DNA of 64,000 bases, from positions 1,514-65,513 of the forward strand of contig JAISLQ010000059.1 in assembly GCA_031290885.1 (NCBI GenBank), in the 5' to 3' direction. The notes beneath the pieces are model-generated. The model did not search any database. It worked only from the letters and a program-made list of their open reading frames with translations, and was not told the origin of the DNA. The translations under genes were made by a program, and so were the position numbers. Origin of the DNA: Acidaminococcales bacterium. GTDB lineage: Bacteria; Bacillota; Negativicutes; Acidaminococcales; JAISLQ01. Positions 8,836-18,920 of this stretch are shown one piece after another (position 1 is the first letter of the stretch; every line of letters begins with the position of its first letter).

Positions 8836-10885
8836 AGATTTGCTTCTTGAAATCGGAACGGAAGAAATGCCGGCGAAATTTTTGCCGGAAACGGTCGTTC
8901 AACTGGAAAAGGCTGCCGCCGACGCATTGAACCGCCTCCTCATACCTTTTGAAAAAGTAAAAGCCTACGCTACTCCCCGGCGCATGGCCGTCATAGCTTA
9001 TTCCCTGCCGCCGGAGCAGGCGCGGTCTTTCCTTGAACATAAAGGCCCGCCGCTCAAAATCGCCTGCAACGACGACGGCTCCTGGAGCAAGGCGGCGCTG
9101 GGCTTCGCGCGGGGACAGGCGGCGTCTCCGGATGCGCTTTTTGCCAAGGGAGGATACCTTTACGTAAGGAAAGATTGCGGCGGCGGGCCGGTGGAGAATC
9201 TTTTGCCGGAGGCGCTGTTAAGCATCATAAATTCACTCGCTTTTCCCAAAAGCATGCGCTGGTCCGATTTGGATTTTCGCTTCGTGCGGCCTATTCACTG
9301 GCTTTTGGCGCTGTTTGGCGGCAAGGAGCTTCCTTTGGAAATAGCGCGCGTAAAGTCGGGCGCGGCCAGCCGGGGGCACCGATTTTTAAGCGCGGGGCCG
9401 ATAAAAATAGATTCCCCCGCGCGTTATCTGGAAACGCTTAAGGAAAATTTTGTGCTGGCCGACCAGGACGAACGGCGCGCCCTCATCAGGGGGCAAATAG
9501 AGCAAATAGCCGACCGGCTTGGGGGCAAAGCCGCCATCGACCCGGAACTGCTTGAAGAAGTGGTGTATCTGGTGGAATACCCGACCGCTCTTTTCGGCCG
9601 GATTGACAAAGAATTTCTCGCTCTGCCCCAGGAAGCGGTCATAACGCCCATGCGCGAACATCAGCGCTATTTCCCGCTGCTGGACGCCGGCGGGAAGCTG
9701 CTTCCTTATTTCATCACCGTAAGAAACGGCGACGGCAATAACCTTGACGGCATAGCGGCCGGCAACGAGCGTGTGCTCCGGGCGCGCCTCAGCGATGCGG
9801 CGTTCTTCTTTGGCGAAGATAAAAAACACACTTTGGCGTCGCGGACGGAAAAATTGAAAACAGTAGTTTTCCGGGAAGGGCTTGGCAGCATCTACGACAA
9901 AGCGCGCCGGATAGTCGAATTGTCGGCTTTTGTGGCGGACGCGGCGGCCTTGCGGCTGAACGGGGGCGAACAGGAAATGCTCGCCCGGACCGCCCTATTG
10001 TGCAAAGCCGATTTGACTTGCGGCATGGTATGCGAATTTACCGAACTGCAGGGAATAATGGGCCGCGAATACGCGCTGCTGGACGGCGAGCCGGCACCAG
10101 TTGCGGACGGCATTTGCGAACATTACTTGCCGCGCTTTGCCGGGGACGCGCTGCCCCGCTCCTTTACCGGCCGGCTCACGGGCATTGCCGACAAATTGGA
10201 CAATATAACGGCCGCCTTCAGCTTTGGGCAGGCCCCGACCGGATCGCAGGATCCATACGCCTTGCGCCGCCAAGCGATCGGCATAATCAACATCATACGC
10301 GACGCCGGCTGGAACCTCTCCCTGTCCGCCGCCGTCCGCGAAAGCATGCGGCTGCTGGACGTATCGGCCACGGGGATTGCCGCGCCAATAACGGATTTTT
10401 TCAGCCTGCGCGCAAGAAACATGCTCGCCGAAGAAGGATTGCGCCATGACCTCGCCGATGCCGTGCTGTCGGCGGATGCCGACAACATAGCGCAGGTGTT
10501 TAAGCGCGCGGCGGCCCTTAGGGAATTTGCCGCCGGCAGCCTGATGCCCGATGCCGTGCGCGCCTTTACGCGGGTAGCCAACATTGCCAAACAGCCGCCG
10601 ATGGGCGATTTTGACGAAAAATTGCTCGTTGAGCCGGCGGAAAAGGAGCTGTTTTCCGTTTTTTCCATATTGCAAGAGCAGGCGCGCGCGGCGGCCGCCA
10701 ACGGGAAATACGTCCTTGCCTTGGAACTGGCGGCGCGTTTGGCGCCGGCGGTGGACAAATTCTTTGCCGAGGTCATGGTCATGTCGCCTGACGAAAAATT
10801 AAAGGGCAACCGTTTGCGGCTTTTGGCGGCCATTAAAAAATTCGCCGCCGGCGTGGCCGATTTCAGCCGAATAGCGGGCGCGTAA
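8828..10885 (+). CDS. glyS: glycine--tRNA ligase beta subunit
   Basis: The N-terminus [13 protein letters not shown], the 685-aa length and an 8-nt overlap with glyQ all fit GlyS. Confidence 0.95.
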   Translation: MNKDLLLEIGTEEMPAKFLPETVVQLEKAAADALNRLLIPFEKVKAYATPRRMAVIAYSLPPEQARSFLEHKGPPLKIACNDDGSWSKAALGFARGQAASPDALFAKGGYLYVRKDCGGGPVENLLPEALLSIINSLAFPKSMRWSDLDFRFVRPIHWLLALFGGKELPLEIARVKSGAASRGHRFLSAGPIKIDSPARYLETLKENFVLADQDERRALIRGQIEQIADRLGGKAAIDPELLEEVVYLVEYPTALFGRIDKEFLALPQEAVITPMREHQRYFPLLDAGGKLLPYFITVRNGDGNNLDGIAAGNERVLRARLSDAAFFFGEDKKHTLASRTEKLKTVVFREGLGSIYDKARRIVELSAFVADAAALRLNGGEQEMLARTALLCKADLTCGMVCEFTELQGIMGREYALLDGEPAPVADGICEHYLPRFAGDALPRSFTGRLTGIADKLDNITAAFSFGQAPTGSQDPYALRRQAIGIINIIRDAGWNLSLSAAVRESMRLLDVSATGIAAPITDFFSLRARNMLAEEGLRHDLADAVLSADADNIAQVFKRAAALREFAAGSLMPDAVRAFTRVANIAKQPPMGDFDEKLLVEPAEKELFSVFSILQEQARAAAANGKYVLALELAARLAPAVDKFFAEVMVMSPDEKLKGNRLRLLAAIKKFAAGVADFSRIAGA

Positions 10886-11275
10886 TGCGGCCGGCGCGAA
10901 AATATCGCGTAGCGGCGCAAAACATAGTCGCGCCCTTAGCCGCAAAGACAGCATGCTTTTAATCTGAGCGCAGTATAAGCCATAGCTTTTAAAATGCCGC
11001 TTAAAGCGCCTTTTTCGCAAATAGAAATTTTGGGGGGTTTTCAAACTGTCCCTGCCCGGACATGGCCGCTTGTTGCGCCCGCTGTTTGCGTTCCCCCAAA
11101 TAATGATTGTTTGCTTTACTTTTTTCCCAAAATAGTATATGCTAATTACGAGAACCAACGAGAACGGCATGCATTGCCAAGCGCGGCTTGATTTGACGCC
11201 AGATCCGGCCATGGCCGAATGTCAAGGCGCCGATTCAGTAATTAAACGGAAATATTCCCTAAGGAGGTTCCCCCT

Positions 11276-13660
11276 ATGTCAAAAGAAAATAGTTTGCTGC
11301 TCTGGTTTGATGAGTTGCGACGCGACGACGTGCCGATAGTCGGAGGCAAGTCCTCTTCGCTGGGCGAAATGACTTCACAGACTAAAGTGCCCATTCCCTA
11401 TGGTTTTGCGACCACCGCTTACTCTTACCGTTATTTCATAAAAAAAAGCGGTTTGGAGAAAAAAATCGCCGGTCTGCTGAAAACCTTGCCCGACGTTGAA
11501 GACAGCGCGCAGTTAAAAAAAGTCAGCCGCCAAATCCGTGAAGCGATCATGGCGGGCAAAATGCCGGAGGACTTGCAAAAGGCCATAGCCTCAGCTTACG
11601 CCAAGTTAGGGGAACGCGCCGGCGAACAGGAGCCTTTTGTCGCCGTGCGCTCCAGCGCCACGGCCGAAGACCTGCCGGATGCCAGTTTCGCCGGGCAGCA
11701 GGATACGTACCTGAACGTAAAGGGCGCGGCGGAAATAATTGCCAAGATCAAAGAATGCTACGCCTCCACTTTTACCGACAGGGCGCTTTATTATCGCACC
11801 AACAAGGGGTTTGACCATTTGGAAGTGGCGTTGAGCGCGGTCGTCCAGATGATGGTATACTCAAAAGCCTCAGGCGTCATGTTTACGGTGGACATAGTGT
11901 CAGGCAACGACAAAGACATTCTGATCGAAGCCGCCTGGGGGCTGGGCGAATATGTCGTGCAGGGGGTCGTTACGCCGGATCGCTATATTGTGGAAAAGGG
12001 CACCGGGCGGATCATCGACAGGGAAGTTTCCGAACAGTCGATCATGATGGTACGGGCGCCCGGCGGCGGGGTGCGGGAAGAAAAGGTCCCTACGGAACTG
12101 ATAGGCAGCCAAGTGCTAAGCGACGAGCAGATACGGGAGCTGTCCTCTTACGCGCTGGACATCGAAAGGCATTACGGCTGTTATATGGACATAGAATGGG
12201 GAATTGACGAGCGGACGGGGAAAACTTGGATATTGCAGGCGCGCCCGGAAACAGTATGGTCAAAACACAAAAAAAGCGGCGCAAGCGCCGAAAGCGGCGA
12301 GCAAGCGCCGCCCGCCCGCAAGGTATTGGTCAAGGGGTTGCCCGCCAGCCCCGGCAAGGCGGCCGGCCATGCGAAGATCATCCTTGATCCTTCGCGGATC
12401 GGCGAATTTAAAGAAGGGGAGATTCTTGTCACGGAAATGACGGCGCCGGACTGGGTTCCGGCCATGAAAAAGGCCAGGGCCATTGTTACCGACTCGGGCG
12501 GGACAACTTGCCACGCTTCCATTGTCAGCCGCGAACTGGGCATACCCTGCATTGTGGGCACCAAGAGCCGGGGCGTGGCTGCGACCGCCGCCATTGGCAA
12601 AGGGGCGGAAATTACGGTGGATGCCAGTAACGGCGTTGTCTATGAGGGCAGGGTGGACGATCTGGCCAAAAAAGCGTCCGCCGACACGCCGGCCGCAGCG
12701 CCGGCCGCCGAAACCTTCCCGGTAACCGGCGTCAAAATCTATATGAACCTCGGCGATCCGGAACTGGCGGAAAAGCACTCTGAACTTCCCTGCGATGGGA
12801 TCGGCCTGATGCGCGAGGAGTTTATCTGGACCACTTATATACATGAACACCCGCTTTATCTTATTGAAACCGGACGCGCCGACAAGGTAGTCGACAGTCT
12901 GGCCGAGGGCGTGCGCAAAGTTTGCCAGCCGTTTTCGCCGCGCCCGGTAATACTTCGTTTCAGCGATTTTAAATCCAGCGAATACCGCGACCTTACCGGC
13001 GGGGACAAATTCGAGCCGCACGAACCCAGCGCGCTGCTCGGCTGGCGGGGCGCGTCGCGCTACTATGATCCCAAGTACAGCGCGGCTTTCCAATTGGAAC
13101 TTAAAGCGGTAAAAAAAGTGCGCGAGGAATACGGTTTAAAAAATCTGCATGTGATGATCCCATTTTGCCGCACGGTGGAAGAGGCGGAAAAGGTAACCGG
13201 CATTATGGCGCAGGAGGGCCTTGTGCGCGGCGCCGATTTCAAGGTGTGGCTGATGGCGGAAATACCGTCGAATATAATCTTGGCCGATCAATTCAACAAA
13301 TACGTCGACGGCTATTCCATCGGCTCCAACGACCTGACCATGCTGATTCTCGGTTGCGACCGGGACAACGATACCGTGGCGCATATCTATGACGAGCGCA
13401 ATCTCGCGGTCAAGCGCGCCTTGCGCCACCTCATAGAAACAGCGCACAAGGACGGCAAAACCGTTTCCATCTGTGGGCAGGCGCCAAGCGTTTATCCGGA
13501 ATTTACTGAATTTCTCATTAAAAGCGGCGTAGATTCCATATCGGTAAACCCGGACGCCGTCAAATTCACCAAAAAAATGGCCGCGCAGGCCGAACAGAGG
13601 ATAATTTTGGACGCGCTTACCAAACGCGGCAAAGCGGAAGATCCCGCTTACGAATGGTAA
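11276..13660 (+). CDS. ppsA: phosphoenolpyruvate synthase (pyruvate, water dikinase)
   Basis: The 794-aa product has an N-terminal ATP-grasp domain, the phosphohistidine motif GGTTCHASIVSRELGIPCIVG and a C-terminal PEP-utilising TIM barrel (GSNDLTM). SD AAGGAGG lies upstream. Confidence 0.9.
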   Translation: MSKENSLLLWFDELRRDDVPIVGGKSSSLGEMTSQTKVPIPYGFATTAYSYRYFIKKSGLEKKIAGLLKTLPDVEDSAQLKKVSRQIREAIMAGKMPEDLQKAIASAYAKLGERAGEQEPFVAVRSSATAEDLPDASFAGQQDTYLNVKGAAEIIAKIKECYASTFTDRALYYRTNKGFDHLEVALSAVVQMMVYSKASGVMFTVDIVSGNDKDILIEAAWGLGEYVVQGVVTPDRYIVEKGTGRIIDREVSEQSIMMVRAPGGGVREEKVPTELIGSQVLSDEQIRELSSYALDIERHYGCYMDIEWGIDERTGKTWILQARPETVWSKHKKSGASAESGEQAPPARKVLVKGLPASPGKAAGHAKIILDPSRIGEFKEGEILVTEMTAPDWVPAMKKARAIVTDSGGTTCHASIVSRELGIPCIVGTKSRGVAATAAIGKGAEITVDASNGVVYEGRVDDLAKKASADTPAAAPAAETFPVTGVKIYMNLGDPELAEKHSELPCDGIGLMREEFIWTTYIHEHPLYLIETGRADKVVDSLAEGVRKVCQPFSPRPVILRFSDFKSSEYRDLTGGDKFEPHEPSALLGWRGASRYYDPKYSAAFQLELKAVKKVREEYGLKNLHVMIPFCRTVEEAEKVTGIMAQEGLVRGADFKVWLMAEIPSNIILADQFNKYVDGYSIGSNDLTMLILGCDRDNDTVAHIYDERNLAVKRALRHLIETAHKDGKTVSICGQAPSVYPEFTEFLIKSGVDSISVNPDAVKFTKKMAAQAEQRIILDALTKRGKAEDPAYEW

Positions 13661-13681
13661 CAAGCGCGGACGGAAAGAGAG

Positions 13682-14341
13682 GTGGGCAAAATACCTCTTA
13701 CGGCACGACAAAAAAAAATAGCGCAGATAGTGGAAACGGCCGGCCCTATCACCGGCGATAAAATCGCCCGGCGGCTTGAAGTAACGAGGGCGGCTCTGCG
13801 CTCGGATCTGGCGATCTTGGTCATGAGCGGCATTTTAGAGGCGCGGACAAGAGTCGGATATTTTTATACAGGCAAAAAAAGCCTGACAGTATTCATCGAA
13901 GAAATAAAAGACATACGGGTGCGGGACGTGCAGGATTTGCCGGTGGTGATTGGCGACACGGCCAACGCTTATGGCGCGATGGCGGCCATGTTGGCCGAAA
14001 ATGCCGGAGACGTTTTTGTTGTTACGGAAAAAGGCGACCTAGCGGGGGGGATTTCCCGCAAAGACCTTCTGGAAGCGGCGGCGGCCGGCGGCAAACTCGC
14101 TTCTTTGCCGGTCAGGATGGTTATGACGCCTTTGCCCGATCTGGCATTCGTTTTTGCCTGCGAGCCGATTGTGGCGGCCGCGCGCAAGATTGCCGAAAAC
14201 GACATAGATTCTTTGCCGGTTGTCGAGGAAATTGACGCGGCGCAAAACAAATACAAAGTGATCGGCCGCCTGGGCAAAACCAACATAACCAAGTTGCTGC
14301 TTGAACTGGCGGAAGGAAAGGAAGTGCCTCATCATAACTGA
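13682..14341 (+). CDS. ccpN: CcpN-like transcriptional repressor (N-terminal HTH + two CBS domains)
   Basis: An HTH region (LTARQKKIAQIVETAGPITGDKIARRLEVTRAALRSDL) is followed by CBS-pair-like repeats. The gene sits directly upstream of the PSRP/YqfL gene, as in Bacillus ccpN-yqfL. Confidence 0.7.
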   Translation: MGKIPLTARQKKIAQIVETAGPITGDKIARRLEVTRAALRSDLAILVMSGILEARTRVGYFYTGKKSLTVFIEEIKDIRVRDVQDLPVVIGDTANAYGAMAAMLAENAGDVFVVTEKGDLAGGISRKDLLEAAAAGGKLASLPVRMVMTPLPDLAFVFACEPIVAAARKIAENDIDSLPVVEEIDAAQNKYKVIGRLGKTNITKLLLELAEGKEVPHHN

Positions 14342-15155
14342 GAACAATTTTGTAATTTACGCGGTGTCCGATTCCATAGGCGAAACGGCGGAGCGTTTGG
14401 TCAAGGCGGCGGTAAGCCAGTTTGACGCAAGCAATTTTCAGATAGTGCGCATAGCGCATCTTGAAACGGAGCAGCAGATCGATGAATTGGTGGCCGACGC
14501 GGCCAAAGGGCAACGCATGATCTGCTATACGGTGGTTTCCGAAGGGCTCCGGCGGACGCTGGAAGAAAAAATCAACGAAAACGGCATATTGGCGACGGAC
14601 ATTTTAAGCCCGGTCATAAACAATTTGGAAAAACTGTCCGGGCTCAAATCGAGAAACAAGCCGGGCCTCGTCCACGTGCTTGACTCGGATTATTTCAAGC
14701 GGGTGGAAGCGGTGGAATTCGCCGTGAAAAATGACGACGGCAAAAATCCTTGGGGGCTTTCAAAAGCGGACATCGTGCTGGTCGGAGTGTCGAGGACTTC
14801 CAAAACGCCGCTTAGCATGTACCTGGCGCACAAGCGCATTAAAGTCTCCAATGTGCCGCTTGTGCCGGAACTTATGCCCCCGGAAGAGTTGTTTAAATTG
14901 CCGCCCAACAGGATCATCGGCCTGATCATCAATCCCGGCAAATTAAACGAAATCCGCGCCGAACGCCTGAAAACGATGGGGCTGTCCAATGATGCCAGTT
15001 ACGCCAATCTGGAAAGGATAAGCGAGGAAATCGAATACGCCAAGGGCATTATGCGCAAACTGCATTGCGTAATCATGGACGTGTCAAACAAAGCCATCGA
15101 AGAAACGGCCAATACCATAATTGAATATATAAACAAAAACAATCTGCGCAATTAG
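14301..15155 (+). CDS. pyruvate,phosphate/water dikinase regulatory protein (PSRP, DUF299, YqfL family)
   Basis: The N-terminus IYAVSDSIGETAE and P-loop GVSRTSKTPLSMYLA are present. The exact start is uncertain: TTG 14301 overlaps the ccpN 3' end. Confidence 0.85.
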   Translation: MNWRKERKCLIITENNFVIYAVSDSIGETAERLVKAAVSQFDASNFQIVRIAHLETEQQIDELVADAAKGQRMICYTVVSEGLRRTLEEKINENGILATDILSPVINNLEKLSGLKSRNKPGLVHVLDSDYFKRVEAVEFAVKNDDGKNPWGLSKADIVLVGVSRTSKTPLSMYLAHKRIKVSNVPLVPELMPPEELFKLPPNRIIGLIINPGKLNEIRAERLKTMGLSNDASYANLERISEEIEYAKGIMRKLHCVIMDVSNKAIEETANTIIEYINKNNLRN

Positions 15156-15613
15156 AGCTTTGGGCGCCGCCGGGGACATAGCGCGGGCAAAAGGCCGCGC
15201 CAGGATTGTTTGGGGCATCGCTTGGCAAGGCTGCTTTTGCGCACTCATATGCCTCTGGCGGCAATGCCGGACATTGTTTAAGAACAATTCGCTAAAACCA
15301 ACTATCCATAGCCGACCGATGGCAAACGCCATGATTTTGGGCTGTTTAAGGAACCGGCAGCGCGCGTGCGCCCGGAAAAATCAGCGCAACCGATGACTTT
15401 GCGGCAAAACAGGCAAAACGAAAAACTTGCCAAAACAAACATTTGCCTTCTCGCAATCCGTCCTTTCGGCGGCAAGAGGGCGAGCTTCGCTTTTGCCGGA
15501 CCGCAGTGGCCGCCGTCCGCCCGGCCTCGCGCGGCAAGGGGTTTGCGCCTTATAAAGAAATGTGCGGAACAGCTTAAAATTACTTTTAAGTGTATCAAGG
15601 GAGGCAGCCAATC

Positions 15614-16828
15614 ATGTTAAAATTCAATTCAGCAAGCGTCCGCATCGCGGACAGTTCCCGCGCCGTAGATGAATGCATGGCGATCATGTTTAAAGGCGAA
15701 GAGCCGGAAGACGGCGGACTGTGGATAGTGAACGCCGTTATCGGACACAAACTGGATAAAATCGCGGCGGCGATAAAGGCGCATCTGCCGAAAACAGCGG
15801 TCGTCGGCAGTTCCTGTGGCGGCGTCATCGGGCGCGAAGGCGCCGGGGAAGCAATGACGCATATGGCGGTCATGTCCGTGAGCGGCCCCGCCGACGAGTA
15901 TGCTTGGTTCGGGGTCGATGATTTTCATGCGTCCAACGCGCGGGAAAAAGGGCTGGAACTTGCCAGGGGGCTGCACGGGAAACTGCCGGGCGCGAGCGTC
16001 ATTTATCTTCTCAGCCCCGGCTTGGATTCTTGCAACGATGAGTTGGTGGCGTCCCTGGAAGAAGTGTTTGGCGCGCAGGCGCTCATCTTCGGCGGCGCCT
16101 CGTCCGATAACTACAAGGCTTTGACGATGTCGCAGTATATAGGCGACAGGGCGAGTGCCTACGGCGCTTGGGCGGTGGGCTTCGCGGACAAAACCTTGAA
16201 GGCCTCGGCAAAGGCGACGCACGGGTTCAAGGCTTTTGGCGAGCCTATGGCCATTACCAAAGCCGACCATAACCAAATCGTGGAGCTGGACGGGCAGCCG
16301 GCGTGGACTACATACAGCCAGCGCGTCGGCGCGGCATCCAAGGATGACATGCGCAATTCCTTGGTGACCGGCGGCATCGCTTTCGACCTTTCGCCCGAGC
16401 TGGCCGAATGCTACGGCAACAAACACATCCTGCGCCTGGGCCTGCCCAGGGAGGACACAGGGCGGTTGTGGCTGTCGGTATCCGCCCGCGAAGGCGATCA
16501 TGTTTACATGACGGTCAGGGATGAAGAATTGATTTTTTCCGAGCAGAAAAAGACGCTCGAACTTTTGCGCGAAGAGATTGCGGCGCGCTCCAAAGACGAG
16601 AAGATAAGCCCGGTGGCCGTGTTCCAGACGGACTGCCTTTTGCGTGGGCGCACTTTGTTCGACAAAGTCATCAAAGACGAGATTATCGCCATGATGCAGA
16701 ACGCTTTCAGCAATGACGGCGAAACGCCGCCTTGGCTTGGCATGTACGGATTCGGCGAGTTTTGCCCGTTGGGAGGTAAAAACCTTTTTCACACCTACAC
16801 AACTTCGCTTTTGGTCCTCTACAGATGA
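15614..16828 (+). CDS. FIST-domain sensory protein (FIST_N + FIST_C)
   Basis: The 404-aa product has typical FIST architecture (VVGSSCGGVIG...; C-terminal YGFGEFCP). SD AGGGAGG lies 9 nt upstream of ATG 15614. The stop overlaps the kinase start as ATGA. Confidence 0.8.
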   Translation: MLKFNSASVRIADSSRAVDECMAIMFKGEEPEDGGLWIVNAVIGHKLDKIAAAIKAHLPKTAVVGSSCGGVIGREGAGEAMTHMAVMSVSGPADEYAWFGVDDFHASNAREKGLELARGLHGKLPGASVIYLLSPGLDSCNDELVASLEEVFGAQALIFGGASSDNYKALTMSQYIGDRASAYGAWAVGFADKTLKASAKATHGFKAFGEPMAITKADHNQIVELDGQPAWTTYSQRVGAASKDDMRNSLVTGGIAFDLSPELAECYGNKHILRLGLPREDTGRLWLSVSAREGDHVYMTVRDEELIFSEQKKTLELLREEIAARSKDEKISPVAVFQTDCLLRGRTLFDKVIKDEIIAMMQNAFSNDGETPPWLGMYGFGEFCPLGGKNLFHTYTTSLLVLYR

Positions 16829-18654
16829 ACGAGAACATAGCCGCCAGCGCAACGCAGGCGAATGAGCTGCGCCAGCTCAGGCAGCTTGTGGAAGAATTGC
16901 ATTTGAAAACAGCCCATAATGAAATCGAAAAGCAAAACATGCGCTTCATGCGGCGCGAACTCAACAATCAAATTGAACTGTTCGGACAGATACACCGTTT
17001 TACCCAGCGCGCGTTTGCCGCCGTATCGAAAACTGACCTTGCCAACATTTTGGCGGAAGGCGTCGTGGATGTGTTTCAGCTGGAAACGGCGGCTGTTTTG
17101 CGCTTGGACATTGCCGGGAACTATTTTACGCTTTTCGGCTCGTGCAACTTCAACGCGCCTTGCGCGGAAATTCCCGTTGCCAGGGAGTGGCTGGCCAAAC
17201 CGGAACTTTTGGATTTTAAGCGGCAAGCCGTCGAGAAAGAGTCTCCCCCGGACGATAAATCGCCGTTTCGGCAGCTTGATCTGTCTTACGCGATTTATAT
17301 GCCGTTTTTTGACAATGAGCGCAAGATGGAAGGCATTGTCTTGGGCGGGATCACGAGCGAGGGCGCCTTGGTTTATGACCGGATGCCGAAGGCCTTCTTC
17401 TCCTCTTTTTTAGTGTATTGCCAGACCATGAACGGCATTTACAACAACCTGGCCGCCATTGAGCGCGCTAAGGCCGCCGACAAGGCAAAGAGCCGCTTCC
17501 TTTCCAATCTGAGCCATGAAATACGGACGCCGATGAACGCGATTATCGGGATGGTGCAGATCGCGAACCACAACCCGGAACCAAGCGAATTGAAAAAATG
17601 CATCGCGCAAATCAACATTTCTTCCCAGCATCTGCTGGGGCTGGTGAACGACGTCCTGGACATGTCCAAAATCGAAGAAGGGAAACTGGCGCTGGAGAAA
17701 GCGCCTTTCGACCTGAACGGGATTTTGGAAAACATCGTCGGCAGTTTGCGCCCGACCGCGACAAACAAAGGCCTGTCCCTGTCGCTTAAGCTTGACACGG
17801 GCGGCGAGCGGCGGCTAAGGGTCCGCGGCGATTCCATGCGGTTGTCCCAGGTTTTGATAAACTTTATTTCCAACGCGGTCAAATTTACACAAAGCGGCGG
17901 CGCCGTAACGCTGGAAGCAAAAGTGCTGTCACGGGACAATGAAAAGGCGCTGATTTACTTTGCCGTGTCAGATACCGGCATAGGAATGACGGCGGAAGCG
18001 CTCGCGCGTATTTTCACCCCGTTTGAACAGGCGGACGCCAGCACTTCGCGCAAGTACGGAGGGACGGGGCTGGGCCTTTCCATCTGCCAGAACATCGTGA
18101 AGCTGATGGGGAGCGGCGTCACCGTAGAAAGCGAGGTGGGCAAAGGTTCCCGATTTTCTTTCAAGGCATGGCTCGAACTGGACGAATCTTTGCCGGCTGC
18201 GCCTGACGGCGGCGCGAGCAAAGGCGAATCTGCGGGCAGGGACTTCTCTGGCAGCCATATCATGATCGTGGACGACGTCGATATAAACCGTGAGATCATC
18301 TTGGCGTTTCTTGACGGCACGGGCGCGGAGTGCGAGTGCGCAGACAACGGCCGCGAGGCGGTAGACCTTTTCGCAAAGTCCGCAAACGGCTATTACGACT
18401 TGATCCTGATGGATATGCAAATGCCGGTATTGGACGGCTGCGACGCGACGCGCGAAATCCGCGCGCTGCGCCGCCCCGATGCCCGGACCGTCCAGATCGT
18501 TGCCATGTCGGCAAACGTATTCAAGGAAGACCTTGACGCGGTCATTGCCGCCGGCATGAACGGACACATCGGCAAACCCGTGGACTATGCCGTGGCGATG
18601 GACGTTATAGCCGGAGCGCTCCGGGGCGGCGCCAAGCAATGCCGTTCAGATTAA
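16825..18654 (+). CDS. cytoplasmic hybrid sensor histidine kinase (coiled-coil/GAF-like N-terminus, HisKA, HATPase, C-terminal receiver)
   Basis: It has the H-box SHEIRTPMNAIIGM, G-boxes DTGIGM and GGTGLGLSI, and a receiver domain (IMIVDDVDINREI...DLILMDMQMPVLDG...MSANVFKED). No transmembrane segment is obvious. Confidence 0.9.
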   Translation: MNENIAASATQANELRQLRQLVEELHLKTAHNEIEKQNMRFMRRELNNQIELFGQIHRFTQRAFAAVSKTDLANILAEGVVDVFQLETAAVLRLDIAGNYFTLFGSCNFNAPCAEIPVAREWLAKPELLDFKRQAVEKESPPDDKSPFRQLDLSYAIYMPFFDNERKMEGIVLGGITSEGALVYDRMPKAFFSSFLVYCQTMNGIYNNLAAIERAKAADKAKSRFLSNLSHEIRTPMNAIIGMVQIANHNPEPSELKKCIAQINISSQHLLGLVNDVLDMSKIEEGKLALEKAPFDLNGILENIVGSLRPTATNKGLSLSLKLDTGGERRLRVRGDSMRLSQVLINFISNAVKFTQSGGAVTLEAKVLSRDNEKALIYFAVSDTGIGMTAEALARIFTPFEQADASTSRKYGGTGLGLSICQNIVKLMGSGVTVESEVGKGSRFSFKAWLELDESLPAAPDGGASKGESAGRDFSGSHIMIVDDVDINREIILAFLDGTGAECECADNGREAVDLFAKSANGYYDLILMDMQMPVLDGCDATREIRALRRPDARTVQIVAMSANVFKEDLDAVIAAGMNGHIGKPVDYAVAMDVIAGALRGGAKQCRSD

Positions 18655-18852
18655 AACCATGCTGGCTTTGCGGCCAATTTACAGCCCCGCGTTGCCCTGA
18701 AGCTTCGCCGGACCTAAGCGGGGCCATGCGTTTTGCGCCGCGCCGGCCGGCAAATTGCCTCGCAAAGCTTAAAGGGCGTTTTAATTCGATAACATTATGA
18801 AGGCGCGTGGGCGGCTGGCCCGCCATGCGGCGCTTCCCCCGAAAACAAAGGC

Positions 18853-18898
18853 AGCAAGGCGTATTCCCGCCAAGAAGGACACGCCTTGCTTATATTTT
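18853..18898. terminator. hairpin between convergent kinase and ATPase genes (possible bidirectional terminator)
   Basis: AGCAAGGCGT(18853-18862) pairs with ACGCCTTGCT(18881-18890). T-rich runs follow on both strands. Confidence 0.4.
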
Positions 18899-18920
18899 CC
18901 CGGCCTGCCCGCCGAAAGAG

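Noticed and set aside
10886-11275. 65-66-aa ORFs (10994-11191, 11139-11339) and possible ncRNA in the glyS-ppsA intergenic region.
   Set aside because: They lack SD sequences and have no recognisable structure or motif. One ORF runs into ppsA out of frame. The region is treated as promoter/leader DNA.
15156-15613. About 460-bp gap upstream of the FIST gene with several 60-100-aa ORFs on both strands.
   Set aside because: None has an SD or a plausible composition, and no conserved RNA motif was recognised. It is left unannotated.
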